A stretch of 64,000 nt of DNA from Candidatus Thorarchaeota archaeon (GCA_011364985.1 RDOC01000002.1:32001-96000); one strand, 5' to 3'; shown: positions 37,152 through 47,852, counted from the stretch's first letter. The notes: generated from the sequence alone by a model not told the origin. Numbers and translations are program-made.

Positions 37152-38006
37152 CTATGACATGTGTTTGTTGGTCTTTGTTTGTAGGAAAATCTCTAGACGT
37201 GGATTATCTTCTGAAAAATCTCCAATGAACTTAGTCCATTGCTCCTTTGTGCTGATATTATCATCTAGGAAGTCTGGTCGTTTCGATTTGAGATAGCGCA
37301 GATAGTAGCCAATGAATTCATTGTTGGCAGTATCATTCAACCTGTATGTTGGGAGTATAGACTTGACTGTACCAATGCAAATGATTAGTCCTCTGGTTGC
37401 TTCTACACCAATTCTCTCATCTACATTTCCACACAGGATTATTGTACCACCCATCATTCGAGCAGCAGCTAGAGGCCCTATGTCTCCCCCTATGACAATG
37501 AAACCCCGACACATATGGGACGCCAGTTCGGAAGCTACGTTTCCCTTTACGTAGACCCGTCCACCTGTCATGCCGGTCTTGCTGCCCCGATATGCAGAAC
37601 ACAGGTTATGATCTGCGTCACCTTCGATTTGTATGTTTCCTCCAGCCATCTCGGCAGCAGTCCACGAACCTACAGAACCAATTACATGAATTCTGCCCGA
37701 TTTCATATTAGCGCCAAGGTGCATTCCTGCATTGCCCTCGATCTTGATTCGTCCTCCATCCATCCCTTTACCAATCATCTTTACCTGATTCAAGTTGCCG
37801 CTAAGGAGAATCTCGGTTTCCTTGGCAGTCGGTCCTGCAGTTCCATCTATGTCAAAGAATTCGGATAGGTGATGAATACTGTTTCCTTGAATGACCGGCA
37901 TATCTCGAATCTCGTGTAGACTCCTTCTTGCAAAACTGCTTGGCGTTATGGACTCTGCCTCGATAGGCAAATCCAATGTTGCTCTTAGTTTCATATGCAC
38001 AGTCAT
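37152..38006 (-). CDS. fwdC: Formylmethanofuran dehydrogenase subunit C
   Basis: PIEAESITP, repeated G..M.GG.I.I.G beta-helix units, AYRGS..GMTGG. Confidence 0.9.
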   Translation of the reverse strand: MTVHMKLRATLDLPIEAESITPSSFARRSLHEIRDMPVIQGNSIHHLSEFFDIDGTAGPTAKETEILLSGNLNQVKMIGKGMDGGRIKIEGNAGMHLGANMKSGRIHVIGSVGSWTAAEMAGGNIQIEGDADHNLCSAYRGSKTGMTGGRVYVKGNVASELASHMCRGFIVIGGDIGPLAAARMMGGTIILCGNVDERIGVEATRGLIICIGTVKSILPTYRLNDTANNEFIGYYLRYLKSKRPDFLDDNISTKEQWTKFIGDFSEDNPRLEIFLQTKTNKHMS

Positions 38007-38121
38007 ATAATGCCCCTTCGAACTTGGACTTTCTCAACTTTCTAATAAAAACTGTGAACAGCATTCTGGTTGAAGATACAGAAAAAAGGAGCGATATATA
38101 TTTTCAAGCCTAGCTAGGGTT

Positions 38122-39027
38122 GTGAAGAGATTGAAAATCAATGGCGTAGAGATTGAGGATACTTACGCAGAAGCGTTTAGTATGCATATGAATCGAACGC
38201 TGATTACGGCCTACGATTCAGAGTGGGCCCGCATCACCGCACTGGAAGCTACTGGATTTGGAACTTCGATCATCATGTCGCCGGCAGAGGCTGGGATAGA
38301 GTATGTTTTGAATGATGAGGCAACTCCGGATGGTCGACCAGGAGTCAGGGTCATTTTTGCTACAGCAAGGAAAGAGGACCTTCAACAGCAGCTTCTGGCA
38401 CGTTTAGGACAGTGTGTTCTTAGTAGTCCTACAGCTTCTGCCTTTGATGCAACACCTGATCCAAGAGATTCGTATGAGATTGGCAAGAAACTAGCAATGT
38501 TTGGAGACGGCTATGAGATTAAGAAAGGACCTATTGATGGCCGTGTGCTTTGGCTAATTCCTCGTATGAGTGGAACTTGCGTCATTCAGAATACCTTCAA
38601 TAGCGTCCGTGGAGTGGCAGGTGGAAACATCATTTACTTCTGTGAGAATCTTAGTAGTGCAATGGGAAGCGGAAAAGCTGCAGTAAGGGCTATTGAACAG
38701 GTTGAAGGAGTGTACACTCCATTTCCCGGAGGGTTGGTTGGGGCAGGATCGAAGCCATCATCCAAATATAAAGGATTGAAAGCTTCAACAAATGAAGCAT
38801 TTTGCCCGAGTATTAGGGCGATAGTACCGAACACACAAGTTCCCAAGAAATGCGAGTTTGTGATGGAGATAGTAATCAACGGTCTCACCGAGAGTATGGT
38901 AGCAGAAGCAATGAGAACAGCAATTGAAGTGGTATGTCGATATACTGGAATCATCAAGATAACTGCAGGCAACTATGGAGGAAGGATTGGAAAATATCAG
39001 ATAGAGTTGCATGATCTGTTATCGTAG
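38122..39027 (+). CDS. ftr: Formylmethanofuran:H4MPT formyltransferase
   Basis: INGVEIEDTYAEAF, TGFGTSII.SPAEAGIE, TPDGRPG, GQCVL, ITAGNYGG. Confidence 0.95.
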   Translation: MKRLKINGVEIEDTYAEAFSMHMNRTLITAYDSEWARITALEATGFGTSIIMSPAEAGIEYVLNDEATPDGRPGVRVIFATARKEDLQQQLLARLGQCVLSSPTASAFDATPDPRDSYEIGKKLAMFGDGYEIKKGPIDGRVLWLIPRMSGTCVIQNTFNSVRGVAGGNIIYFCENLSSAMGSGKAAVRAIEQVEGVYTPFPGGLVGAGSKPSSKYKGLKASTNEAFCPSIRAIVPNTQVPKKCEFVMEIVINGLTESMVAEAMRTAIEVVCRYTGIIKITAGNYGGRIGKYQIELHDLLS

Positions 39028-39161
39028 ATCATCTCTGATTCTGAAAAGCCTTGGAGGTTTTCCGATGACCATCATTAAGTCAAGTCTTGCAACAAGAAGC
39101 AGATGTTTTCATCAAAGGCTTTATAATGTTCAAGATTGGGATTTCACTTGAGGATGCAGCC

Positions 39162-39389
39162 ATGTCGCAAAATATGCCAATCAAGGCTCTAGAGGCGGTT
39201 TTGAATGATGTGATTTCTATAAAGCTGAAGGATCAGAGAATTTTTCGAGGACGCTTAACAAGATGCGATATGTACATGAACCTCACATTGAGTGATGCAG
39301 AAGAGTTAGAAAACAACGAGATTAGGGCAAAATATGGTGAACTCCTTCTCAGGGGTAACAACATACTGTGGATTCAGATACCTGAATAA
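39162..39389 (+). CDS. Sm-like archaeal protein (SmAP1/2)
   Basis: IKLKD.RIFRGRL...DMYMNLTLSDAEE; LLRGNNI. Confidence 0.9.
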   Translation: MSQNMPIKALEAVLNDVISIKLKDQRIFRGRLTRCDMYMNLTLSDAEELENNEIRAKYGELLLRGNNILWIQIPE

Positions 39390-39397
39390 GAACTGCC

Positions 39398-41461
39398 TTA
39401 TCTTTCAATCTCTCGACGATATCGTTCGACAAGTTCGATTAGTTCTTCTTCGCCTTTTTGCCGTGCCTGTTCTTTTACTTTCAGTATGAAACGATGAAAC
39501 TGCTGTTCAAACTTCTTTTTACTTATGAAAGCGAACTCATCAATTCTTTGTAATTCCACCTTGTCAGCAGATATCACTGGAACTGCAGCCTTTACCAATG
39601 CATCCTCGGAAAGATGTGACAAAGGAGAGTCGGTTATTACGGCACGAACTCCCTGTTCGATTAGTAATCCTGCCGTTTGAGAACCTCCTCCGCTTGCATC
39701 CTCAAACAAAACGATATCTCCGAATCTTATGCCAACTTTCTTATTGTATTCTTGAATGCTTTCTTTTGTGAAGTGCGGAATCAGTTTGATAGCAAGCATA
39801 TCACCACGCATTTCCAAGTGCTTCACTCCTTTTATGAGCTTCAATCTATCTTCCAGCATCTTGATGCGTTTGTGCAGTCCGTCAGTTTCTCTTCGCATCT
39901 GTTTAAGTTCGGATTCTTTCTTTGCCAGCTCTCTGTCGCGTTTGATTCTCCAATAATTCTTTTTATTGATGATTTCGAGGCTATGAGCAAGCTCACTCTC
40001 TCTGAACTTCAGATATTCCACAACTCGGAGATGATCTTCAAGTTTCTCGTGGAGAATCTCGTTCTCGGATTCAACTTCCTCATATTTCGATTTTAGTAGA
40101 TCATATTTTTCCTGAGTGAGGGGTTCTTCAACTTGAGGAGGTTCAGGTTCTACTTCCACCTCTTCGGATTCTTTATGGAGAAGGATGGAGATTGCCTCAG
40201 CCATTGGCATTCCCTTGATAACAAGAGCTTTGAGCTGATTCCTGTCTATCACCAGCTGCTTGTCTCTGACTTTGCGATCGATTTGTTCCAGTTTTGGAAG
40301 AAGACTGCGGTATGCGTAGACTGCAGCAGTAAGCGCGTCCCGTTCGTGAGCGTTTCTGATACGCCCTGAATCCGAAAACTCCCTCGCGATTTCCTGTTTG
40401 TCAGCTACTGAGATTTCCTTTTTGGGGACAAACAACTCAGTATTTAGTATGCTTGCGATTTTCTTTACAAAATTAGGGACAGTATTGACATCGGTTGCAA
40501 CCATAACAGGAATTCCGCGCTCGTAGACTTCTCTTATGATGTCCGCTCTAGTAAGTGATTTTGCACTGAGAAGAAATGGATTATGTCCGGAAAGAGGAAG
40601 CAAGCATATCGCTGCTGTTGATCCGGGGTCGATTCCCAAGATGAAGTATTTCGGACGAATTTGAGCTGCGGTAGGTTTGGGCTCCAGAGGCAGAAACTCA
40701 GCTCTTTTTCGTACAGGTGAGATAAGAACCTTAAAATCTCCTCCGCGTTTGGATTCAATTAGGTCGCGAATGACAGGAAGTGGTGCAAATGCTATGATAC
40801 ATGCACTTGAATATCCAAAATCGGATTCTCTGATATCAATGTCATAATCAATTCCTGCCTCCTTTACTTGGGACTCAATGAAACGAGTCATCTGCTGTAT
40901 TACCGAGTGCACCTTTCGCCGAAAACGGTTTGCGCTTTGGCCTCCTCGGCCTGGTTTTCTTCCTCTTGTAATCTTTATCTCAGTCTGTTCCCCAAAACAT
41001 TCGAGTCTATGACCCACACCTAGAAAAGTCAATTGAGCTACAATACGTGCAGCATCAAGAGGCGCAATCTTTCCACGCGCACTCAAACCGTGACATTTGG
41101 CAAGCCGTTTTAGAGACATCTGATGCGGAGGAACGCCTGTCACTTGAACCATCTGTGTTTCTGGTGGAATGCGATTTACGAAGCGGAATAATGACTTGCT
41201 ATCTGAAACAACTTCAAAGATATTATCAGTGCTTATCCATTTTGGACGAATTTCACGAATTATCCTCAAGAGATTACTTCGTGATATCTCAGGATATTCA
41301 TTGAGAATAGTGCCTCCTTTCATTATAACACAGGCAAACTTTGGACTTGTCTTTGATTTGGGGCTATGAGATGGAAGTGTATCGAAACCGATGATGAATT
41401 CGTTTTCATCGCCCATGGTCTCAGCACTCACTAAAGATTCCGTCGGATTGGCTATAAGCAT
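39398..41461 (-). CDS. DUF460 domain protein (RNase H-like domains plus long coiled coil)
   Basis: IIGFD, TDNIFE, GRGGQSANRFRR, ILGIDPGST, GIPVMVATDV, HERDALTAA, coiled coil. Confidence 0.85.
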   Translation of the reverse strand: MLIANPTESLVSAETMGDENEFIIGFDTLPSHSPKSKTSPKFACVIMKGGTILNEYPEISRSNLLRIIREIRPKWISTDNIFEVVSDSKSLFRFVNRIPPETQMVQVTGVPPHQMSLKRLAKCHGLSARGKIAPLDAARIVAQLTFLGVGHRLECFGEQTEIKITRGRKPGRGGQSANRFRRKVHSVIQQMTRFIESQVKEAGIDYDIDIRESDFGYSSACIIAFAPLPVIRDLIESKRGGDFKVLISPVRKRAEFLPLEPKPTAAQIRPKYFILGIDPGSTAAICLLPLSGHNPFLLSAKSLTRADIIREVYERGIPVMVATDVNTVPNFVKKIASILNTELFVPKKEISVADKQEIAREFSDSGRIRNAHERDALTAAVYAYRSLLPKLEQIDRKVRDKQLVIDRNQLKALVIKGMPMAEAISILLHKESEEVEVEPEPPQVEEPLTQEKYDLLKSKYEEVESENEILHEKLEDHLRVVEYLKFRESELAHSLEIINKKNYWRIKRDRELAKKESELKQMRRETDGLHKRIKMLEDRLKLIKGVKHLEMRGDMLAIKLIPHFTKESIQEYNKKVGIRFGDIVLFEDASGGGSQTAGLLIEQGVRAVITDSPLSHLSEDALVKAAVPVISADKVELQRIDEFAFISKKKFEQQFHRFILKVKEQARQKGEEELIELVERYRREIER

Positions 41462-41532
41462 TCAGATAGAATCAGGAATGTATCAGGAGAGTAAACCAGT
41501 ATATCCAAACAATAACTATAATAAAGGATACT

Positions 41533-41856
41533 TTGAGCAACGTGCCAGACTCCTGCGAGGTGTTACAACTGTCAGAATCACTATTGGTTAGCGACGAGGA
41601 TGCAATCTTACGTATTGGGCGCGCGTTGTCATCCAAGACACGACTGAAAATACTGAAACTTTTGCTTGAGAAAGACAAGGACGCAAATGTGACAGAAGTT
41701 GCAAGGCATCTTGGTGGTACTGAAGCAAATGCTAGTGCACAAATCAAGATCCTGTATGATGCAGGACTTTTGGAGTGCCGTTATGAACCTGGACAACACG
41801 GGTTAAAGAAAATATCAAAGACGAAGATCAAAAAGATTACGATCGACTTGGACTAA
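41533..41856 (+). CDS. ArsR-family HTH regulator
   Basis: RALSSKTRLKILKLL...VTEVARHLG.TEANAS.QIKIL.DAGLL. Confidence 0.8.
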   Translation: MSNVPDSCEVLQLSESLLVSDEDAILRIGRALSSKTRLKILKLLLEKDKDANVTEVARHLGGTEANASAQIKILYDAGLLECRYEPGQHGLKKISKTKIKKITIDLD

Positions 41857-41867
41857 TCATAATATGA

Positions 41868-41938
41868 ATCCCCTTTGGAGTATTCCAATTAGGAAGTCCT
41901 GAAGCTGGAAGATAGCATTTCTTTGTTCCAAAGGGGAT
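41868..41938. repeat. Perfect 12-bp inverted repeat enclosing a nested hairpin, between convergent genes
   Basis: ATCCCCTTTGGA (41868-41879) / TCCAAAGGGGAT (41927-41938); inner TTCCA/TGGAA and AGGA/TCCT. Confidence 0.7.
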
Positions 41939-41957
41939 ACTTATTCTTTGGGTTTTG

Positions 41958-42548
41958 TTAACTATCTTCTTTTATGAGATGAGCTTTCCATTGGCCGATT
42001 CGTTTTAGGATATTGTCACGTTCGTCGTTACGGATAAGTCTTTTACCTCGAGCACGAAGAAACTTCAATACAACATCCATATCATGAGCAACTCTTTCGT
42101 TTACCAAAGGATTTGGCAGGAGGTAATCCTTTGCTGCTTGGACATACTCAGCAAGCACCTCTGCAGGAGATTCTCCTGTTTGTAGTTCTTGCTGGATTGG
42201 GTCCAGCACCCTAGCAATTCTTGTTTCGGGAGTTGATGATGATTCAGCTTCGAGAAGAGGTGTTTCCTGTGTGTCTACCTTTTCTGGATGCGCAACTGAA
42301 ATAGCACTCGCCGTTTCTGATTCTGGGTACTCCTTGTACGCATCTGAAAGTATGTCATCTTGTGTAGTATCTACTTTGGAAACCTTTGCAAAAATAGGTA
42401 ACACGGATTGTTCTGATTCTTCGTCAGCGTTTCTTTCTGCAATATTCAAACGACGTTTCAATTCATGAAGTTGATTGAAAAGCTCTACAAGTCCTGCTTG
42501 CATATTGTCTATCAGTTCTCGAAGGTCTTCAAGACTTTCATTTGGCAT
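41958..42548 (-). CDS. Hypothetical protein (N-terminal coiled coil, acidic linker, helical C-domain)
   Basis: 196-aa ORF, same strand and downstream of herA. Confidence 0.6.
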   Translation of the reverse strand: MPNESLEDLRELIDNMQAGLVELFNQLHELKRRLNIAERNADEESEQSVLPIFAKVSKVDTTQDDILSDAYKEYPESETASAISVAHPEKVDTQETPLLEAESSSTPETRIARVLDPIQQELQTGESPAEVLAEYVQAAKDYLLPNPLVNERVAHDMDVVLKFLRARGKRLIRNDERDNILKRIGQWKAHLIKEDS

Positions 42549-42634
42549 AATATTACCCCCTGCAGGAATCAGAAGTACTGTTCAGGCCGTTCAGTATTAC
42601 TATGTTTTTGACTCTTGTGGCATGGTATCGTCTT

Positions 42635-44152
42635 TCATGCTTTCTTGTCTGCCTTCCTTAGAGCATCTAACAAGCTCTGTACGGTGTCTTTTGGTTCATA
42701 TTTTCTCTTCCGTATTTTGACAAAAGCAGGAACAGAAACGACTTCACCCACAAACAATGCTTCGCCAACTTCGAGTGTTGTTATCGCATCTAATGCGGCC
42801 TTGTCTATTCCTTCGCTGCTTCTTCCGATATGGTCAAGGTCATAGGGATTAGTCGTCCGTAGAATAGCTTGATTGCTACATTGACTCAATACGGTGGTTG
42901 AGAGTTTTACAGGTCTTTGAGAGATGAGGCATAATAACGCGTGGAATTTTCTTCCTTCTCTGGCCATAGTTTCTATGCGTGTTTTTGGAAGAGCCAGCTC
43001 ATGCCTGCTTTCAGGGCAGAATTGATGTGCCTCTTCTAGAATCAACAGGAATGGAGGAATTTCGCCTCGTCGCCTTAGAAATAGGAGTTCATTTACAAGA
43101 TGTGAAACTACAATCTGTTTCTTCCTGAGACTGATGAAATCGCTCAAATCGATAAGCGTTAGTTTACCTGGTTGTATTGTTTTGCTGATATCAGGTATCG
43201 ATTCTTTCCCAAAGAGACCTGTTTCTTCAAGGTTGATTAGCCATCCTACAAGTGCCTCGCGGGTGTTTTTACTGATTGTTTCGTCCATTCGAACGTAATC
43301 AATAATATCGTTCAATGTGAACCCGTGCTTCATTTGAGCACTCATCTTAGAAATGATGCGTTTTAGGTCCCGGACTTGAATTGAACTCATATCAGCGACC
43401 AAGGAACCAATTGCTTCAGCAGATAATGAACGAACGGCAACTTGAAAATGCGATCCTCGTATATACTCGATTTCAAACGTATCTGAATCCACACCTAAAT
43501 CCATCGGAGCAATATCCTTCAAGTATGAATATTCTCCATGTACATCTACAACAACAACGGCCATTCTCCCGTTCTCTTTCGTGCGTGCTAGCAACTCTTC
43601 TAGTAAGACGGAAACAAAATATGACTTGCCGGCCCCGCTCATTGCAAGGATAGCTAGGTGTTTTGACAACAGGCGGTCAATTGATGGTGTGAATTCTAGC
43701 TCATGATGTGCCAATATACCAAGTTTCGGTCCTTGATTATCAAGATGCAAGAAAGCAGAGAGGATGTCATCATCAACTCGATGCACTGAAGCACCAGGAG
43801 AAACGGCAAAATATGGACGAAGGGCCTTATCATCTACCCAAAAACCTAGAACTTGCGCATGAGCAATCGTATATTGCCATCTATCTGTTGGAAAAATAGA
43901 GCGAAGAGGTTCTCCTCTGGACTGATACTCCCTTACTGCTTCTGCGTGTTGATAATATCGATTTGTCCGAATAAGATCACTGATTCTGGCGATTACTACT
44001 CCTTCTTCTGCAGCAACTGACACGAATTCTCCTCTTCGAGCAGAGATAAGAGATTCCTCGGTTTCCACAACAAATGAGAAGAGCATTACACTTGGTGTGT
44101 CTTGCTCGCAGATTACGGTGCCAATTCTGGAATAAGACATCTCTTTAGTCAT
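42635..44152 (-). CDS. herA: HerA helicase
   Basis: N-terminal HAS-barrel-like region, HLAILAMSGAGKS, VDVHGEY, ILEEAHQFCP, REGRKF, ISQRP. Confidence 0.9.
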   Translation of the reverse strand: MTKEMSYSRIGTVICEQDTPSVMLFSFVVETEESLISARRGEFVSVAAEEGVVIARISDLIRTNRYYQHAEAVREYQSRGEPLRSIFPTDRWQYTIAHAQVLGFWVDDKALRPYFAVSPGASVHRVDDDILSAFLHLDNQGPKLGILAHHELEFTPSIDRLLSKHLAILAMSGAGKSYFVSVLLEELLARTKENGRMAVVVVDVHGEYSYLKDIAPMDLGVDSDTFEIEYIRGSHFQVAVRSLSAEAIGSLVADMSSIQVRDLKRIISKMSAQMKHGFTLNDIIDYVRMDETISKNTREALVGWLINLEETGLFGKESIPDISKTIQPGKLTLIDLSDFISLRKKQIVVSHLVNELLFLRRRGEIPPFLLILEEAHQFCPESRHELALPKTRIETMAREGRKFHALLCLISQRPVKLSTTVLSQCSNQAILRTTNPYDLDHIGRSSEGIDKAALDAITTLEVGEALFVGEVVSVPAFVKIRKRKYEPKDTVQSLLDALRKADKKA

Positions 44153-44153
44153 A

Positions 44154-45320
44154 TCAGGCTCCTCCGAAGGGATTTCGTGACCGTCTTTTCTCCAAGGTTG
44201 TGTATGTTAATCCAGAAAGTGCCATTAGCCTATCAATAATGAGTTGTGCTTCATTCATCGATATCTTTGCTCTGGCATCAGCCTCCAGTATTGGAGTTGG
44301 AATACCATATTCTAGATGTTGCCAAGAGAGTGGAAAAATAGCTGATAGGGCTTTGTCAATACGTCCTATAGGGTCGTTACTTCCAGCAAGGACTTCGATT
44401 CTCAGTGGAAGGTCATCAGCGGCTGTTCTCAAGTATGTAATCCAGATTGAAGAGGCCCATTCGGATAGGTCATTTGAGAGTGTTTTTGAGTTTTGGTCCA
44501 ATTCCGTTGAGTATTTGAAGGCAAAGGTTCGCTCCCCAGTGTCTAGGAATGCATCTAGTAGGTCACAATCTCTTGAGATTCGCAAAAGCCATCTATAATC
44601 AACACCTTGCATCTTCTCAAAGGTAGTAGGGTTGCGTAGGAGATGCGGCAGCAGGTCTCCGAGTAGACTTACAATGCGCGTCGAACGACTATCTTTAATA
44701 ATGCCGACCAGAATAGTATTCTTCTTCATAGCTTTAGAATAGAGCTGCTTGTAAAGAGCTGCGACTTCTTGGAACTTTGCATACACAATGGACCCAGTTT
44801 GAGGGCGGTCTCGTGGATGATAAAAGAGAGATCCATCGACGAGAATCAAATCAGTCTCGAATTTATCAAGAACTGCAATTGTAATTCTCAATTCGGCAGC
44901 CATACGTTCCAATGATGCTAGCTGATCAAGTTCCGGACCAGGCAGTGTCAGCATGACTGGGGTTATGTTTGGCTCTGGAAATGCCTTTGGAAAGAAATCG
45001 ACATGAAGACCTTCTTTCGGACCAAAATGAAATATGACAGCTATACCACGTGTTAGTACTAGATCCATAGATCTGAATCTCTTCCTGACAAGACCGCCAT
45101 CTATTCCGGCAATACGCAATCCTGATAGATCTACAGGCGCGATAGTTTTTGAGAACTCGGGTTCTGCAATACTTGCGGTAATAGCTGGAAACTTGCTCAA
45201 ATCAATTGATTGTTTGAGTTCTCGTAAAACAGAGCCAAAGCGGTTCCGTGTGGATTCGATTCTTTCGATCTCCTCGACTAATTTAGCAAGCATTGTGTCG
45301 AGGCTTTTGTCCACTGTCAA
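44154..45320 (-). CDS. nurA: NurA nuclease
   Basis: IAGIDGG, ILVDGSL, VGIIKDS, YGIP..I.EAD.RAKI. Confidence 0.88.
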   Translation of the reverse strand: MTVDKSLDTMLAKLVEEIERIESTRNRFGSVLRELKQSIDLSKFPAITASIAEPEFSKTIAPVDLSGLRIAGIDGGLVRKRFRSMDLVLTRGIAVIFHFGPKEGLHVDFFPKAFPEPNITPVMLTLPGPELDQLASLERMAAELRITIAVLDKFETDLILVDGSLFYHPRDRPQTGSIVYAKFQEVAALYKQLYSKAMKKNTILVGIIKDSRSTRIVSLLGDLLPHLLRNPTTFEKMQGVDYRWLLRISRDCDLLDAFLDTGERTFAFKYSTELDQNSKTLSNDLSEWASSIWITYLRTAADDLPLRIEVLAGSNDPIGRIDKALSAIFPLSWQHLEYGIPTPILEADARAKISMNEAQLIIDRLMALSGLTYTTLEKRRSRNPFGGA

Positions 45321-47092
45321 TTCCCTCTCTGTCTTTTGTATTCCAGAGCAGCCCTAATAAGACCCAAGTAGATTGGATGTGGAGCATCTGGTCGGGATCT
45401 AAACTCTGGATGAAACTGTACACCAATCCAATAGGGATGTTTTGTATACTCGATCGCATTGATTATTCGTCTTTCAGAATCATAAGCAGAGACTATCAAA
45501 CCTTCGTTCTTCATCTTACTGATATATCGGTCAATAAGATGGTAGCGATGTCTAAATCGCTCGCGGGTTTGCACACTACCATAGAGAGAATACAACTTTG
45601 TGTTCTCGACAATTTCCACCTGATGACCACCCAGACGCATTGTCCCGCCCTTATCCGACTTTATCTTCTGCTCATCCATTAAATCAACAACGGGATACAG
45701 GCTATCGGGTTCTACCTCGGTAGTATGAGCTCCTTTCCACTTCATCACGTTTCTAGCAAAGGCAACCGTCCCAAGTTGAGCTCCGAAACAGATGCCAAGA
45801 AATGGCAAGTCAGTTTCTAGGGTGATAGCCGCAGCACAAATCATTCCTTCAGCTCCACGAGAACCAAATCCCGGAGTAAGAAGAACGCCATCTACATGCT
45901 GAAGCTCCTTTCTTAGGTCATTCTCTTCACAATGCTCTTGTGTTTCGATCCATTTGATGTTCAGATTTACACTGTTAGAAATTGCCGCGTGCATCAGAGC
46001 CTCGCTAATGCTTTTGTAGGAATCACTGAGAAGAGTGTATTTTCCAGGCATGGCAATGGCAACTGTTTCGTATGCTGCATCAAAAGGTTCAAGCATCTTT
46101 TCCCAAGGGGCAATATCTGGATTTCGTGATTGCATATCCAGATGCTTAGTAAGTGTGGTACCAAGACCTTGCTCTTCAAAGGCGAGCGGTAATCTGTAAA
46201 TAATCTGGATATCTGGATTTGACACTACCCTGTCCTCTGGAACATTGCAGAACAATGCTATCTTTTCAACTGCAGATTCTGGTAATGGTCTTTCAGCCCT
46301 ACAAATAATGAAATCAGGTTGAAGGCCTAAGCCCTGAAGAGTATGGACACTGTGCTGCGTCGGTTTTGTCTTGAACTCTCCGACTGATGCAATATATGGA
46401 ACAAGGGTAACGTGTACAAACGCACTCCGTTGCCGGCCAACTTCTCGAACAAGTTGGCGAACTGCCTCTAGGAAAGGCATTGCCTCGATATCACCCACTG
46501 TTCCACCAATTTCCACCAAGAGAATATCAGGTTCTTGTTCATCTACTACCTGCCAAATTCGTTCCTTTATTCTATCAATTATATGGGGTATTATCTGAAC
46601 AGTTCGGCCAAGATAGGTACCTTTTCGTTCTTCGAGAATAACAGAGATGTAGATCTGGCCCGATGTTATGTTTTGAGATGGATGAACATTCATACCTGTA
46701 AAACGCTCATAGGTGCCAAAATCCAGGTCTATTTCACATATTGGAAATCTGAACCCCTCTACTGGTTCGAAGATCCAAGTTTTGTCAGTTACAAAGACTT
46801 CTCCATGTTCAATAGGATTTAGGGTACCAGGATCTACATTCAGATAGGGATCTATTTTCATGATTCTAATGTTGTAGCCTCTGAACTGAAACAATTTCGC
46901 AATAGAAGCAGTTGTGACGCCCTTACCGATTCCTGAGAGTACTCCACCTGTTACAAAAACGAACCGTGTATTGCTTTTCTTTCGATTCAAGTGAGAGGTC
47001 CCTTCTGCAGATGCTGCTAAGTCTTCAAGACTGCTGACGTCCTTGATAAATCTCGTATAAATGGTTCGTTGAAGCAGCCAATTTGGAGCCAA
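45317..47092 (-). CDS. pyrG: CTP synthase
   Basis: FVTGGVLSGIGKG, KIDPYLNVDPGT, EIGGTVGDIE, KTKPTQ, GICFG, RFRHRY, QFHPEF. True start probably about 34 codons downstream. Confidence 0.96.
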   Translation of the reverse strand: MAPNWLLQRTIYTRFIKDVSSLEDLAASAEGTSHLNRKKSNTRFVFVTGGVLSGIGKGVTTASIAKLFQFRGYNIRIMKIDPYLNVDPGTLNPIEHGEVFVTDKTWIFEPVEGFRFPICEIDLDFGTYERFTGMNVHPSQNITSGQIYISVILEERKGTYLGRTVQIIPHIIDRIKERIWQVVDEQEPDILLVEIGGTVGDIEAMPFLEAVRQLVREVGRQRSAFVHVTLVPYIASVGEFKTKPTQHSVHTLQGLGLQPDFIICRAERPLPESAVEKIALFCNVPEDRVVSNPDIQIIYRLPLAFEEQGLGTTLTKHLDMQSRNPDIAPWEKMLEPFDAAYETVAIAMPGKYTLLSDSYKSISEALMHAAISNSVNLNIKWIETQEHCEENDLRKELQHVDGVLLTPGFGSRGAEGMICAAAITLETDLPFLGICFGAQLGTVAFARNVMKWKGAHTTEVEPDSLYPVVDLMDEQKIKSDKGGTMRLGGHQVEIVENTKLYSLYGSVQTRERFRHRYHLIDRYISKMKNEGLIVSAYDSERRIINAIEYTKHPYWIGVQFHPEFRSRPDAPHPIYLGLIRAALEYKRQRGN

Positions 47093-47152
47093 ATGTATAC
47101 GAGAACAAGAGTCTTATCAGTCAGCGATTAGACTAGGAATTGTGCCAATGCT

Positions 47153-47710
47153 ATGTCCGACTTGACTGATACAAAGGAAATAATAGAACGCTTTGAAATG
47201 TGCTTCTTGAATGAATCAAGGGGCTGTGAGTTTAGAGCTGATGTCCCTCAGTTTGTTGTAGCTGGCCAGAATTATGGACCCTTCAAAGCTGGAGACAGAA
47301 GTACGTTACCAAATTGGGTTATCGAGAAGCTTGCCTTAAACGGAATTGCAGATGTCCTCCCAAATGAAGCATATGAGTCACTGAGAAGATTGCAGAATCT
47401 TCGTTATGCTGAAGACAAACAGCCACATAAATTGCAGCCATTTCCTCCCTACCTCTATTCTGCACTAAAGAGGAAATTGGTCAGACTTCAGAGTGATAAA
47501 ACCTCGCTGGATCCGCAACGGTATGAAGAAATCGGGATAGCACAGAGTAATATGGAAGTATTAATGGAAACACGGCTATCAAAGATAATGCGTGTAGCAA
47601 AATCAGGAGCACAGCAAGACAAGCGAAAGCATATGGCTTATGAAGAAAGATGGTTAGCAGACAAGCTAAACGATCTACTCTCTGCTTGGCGCGAATTGCT
47701 GACAAAATAG
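47153..47710 (+). CDS. GINS subunit (Gins23-type)
   Basis: N-terminal B domain (GPFKAG...LPNW...L), C-terminal helical domain (RLSKIMRVA...EER); directly upstream of mcm. Confidence 0.75.
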   Translation: MSDLTDTKEIIERFEMCFLNESRGCEFRADVPQFVVAGQNYGPFKAGDRSTLPNWVIEKLALNGIADVLPNEAYESLRRLQNLRYAEDKQPHKLQPFPPYLYSALKRKLVRLQSDKTSLDPQRYEEIGIAQSNMEVLMETRLSKIMRVAKSGAQQDKRKHMAYEERWLADKLNDLLSAWRELLTK

Positions 47711-47852
47711 TAGTCTGGCCTAAAAGTCATGAGAAGAATCTGTTATCTGTGTCTAAACACCTTATCCGATGTCACTCACTTTTTAAATAGGACAGGCAGA
47801 CTCTAAGTTATCCACTCTGATTTAACGAGAGCGGTATTAATATCTCGACCTA

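Noticed and set aside
42635-45320. HerA-NurA as an anti-phage (Sir2/DUF4297-HerA type) system
   Set aside because: The partner is a canonical NurA and the context is housekeeping, not a defence island.
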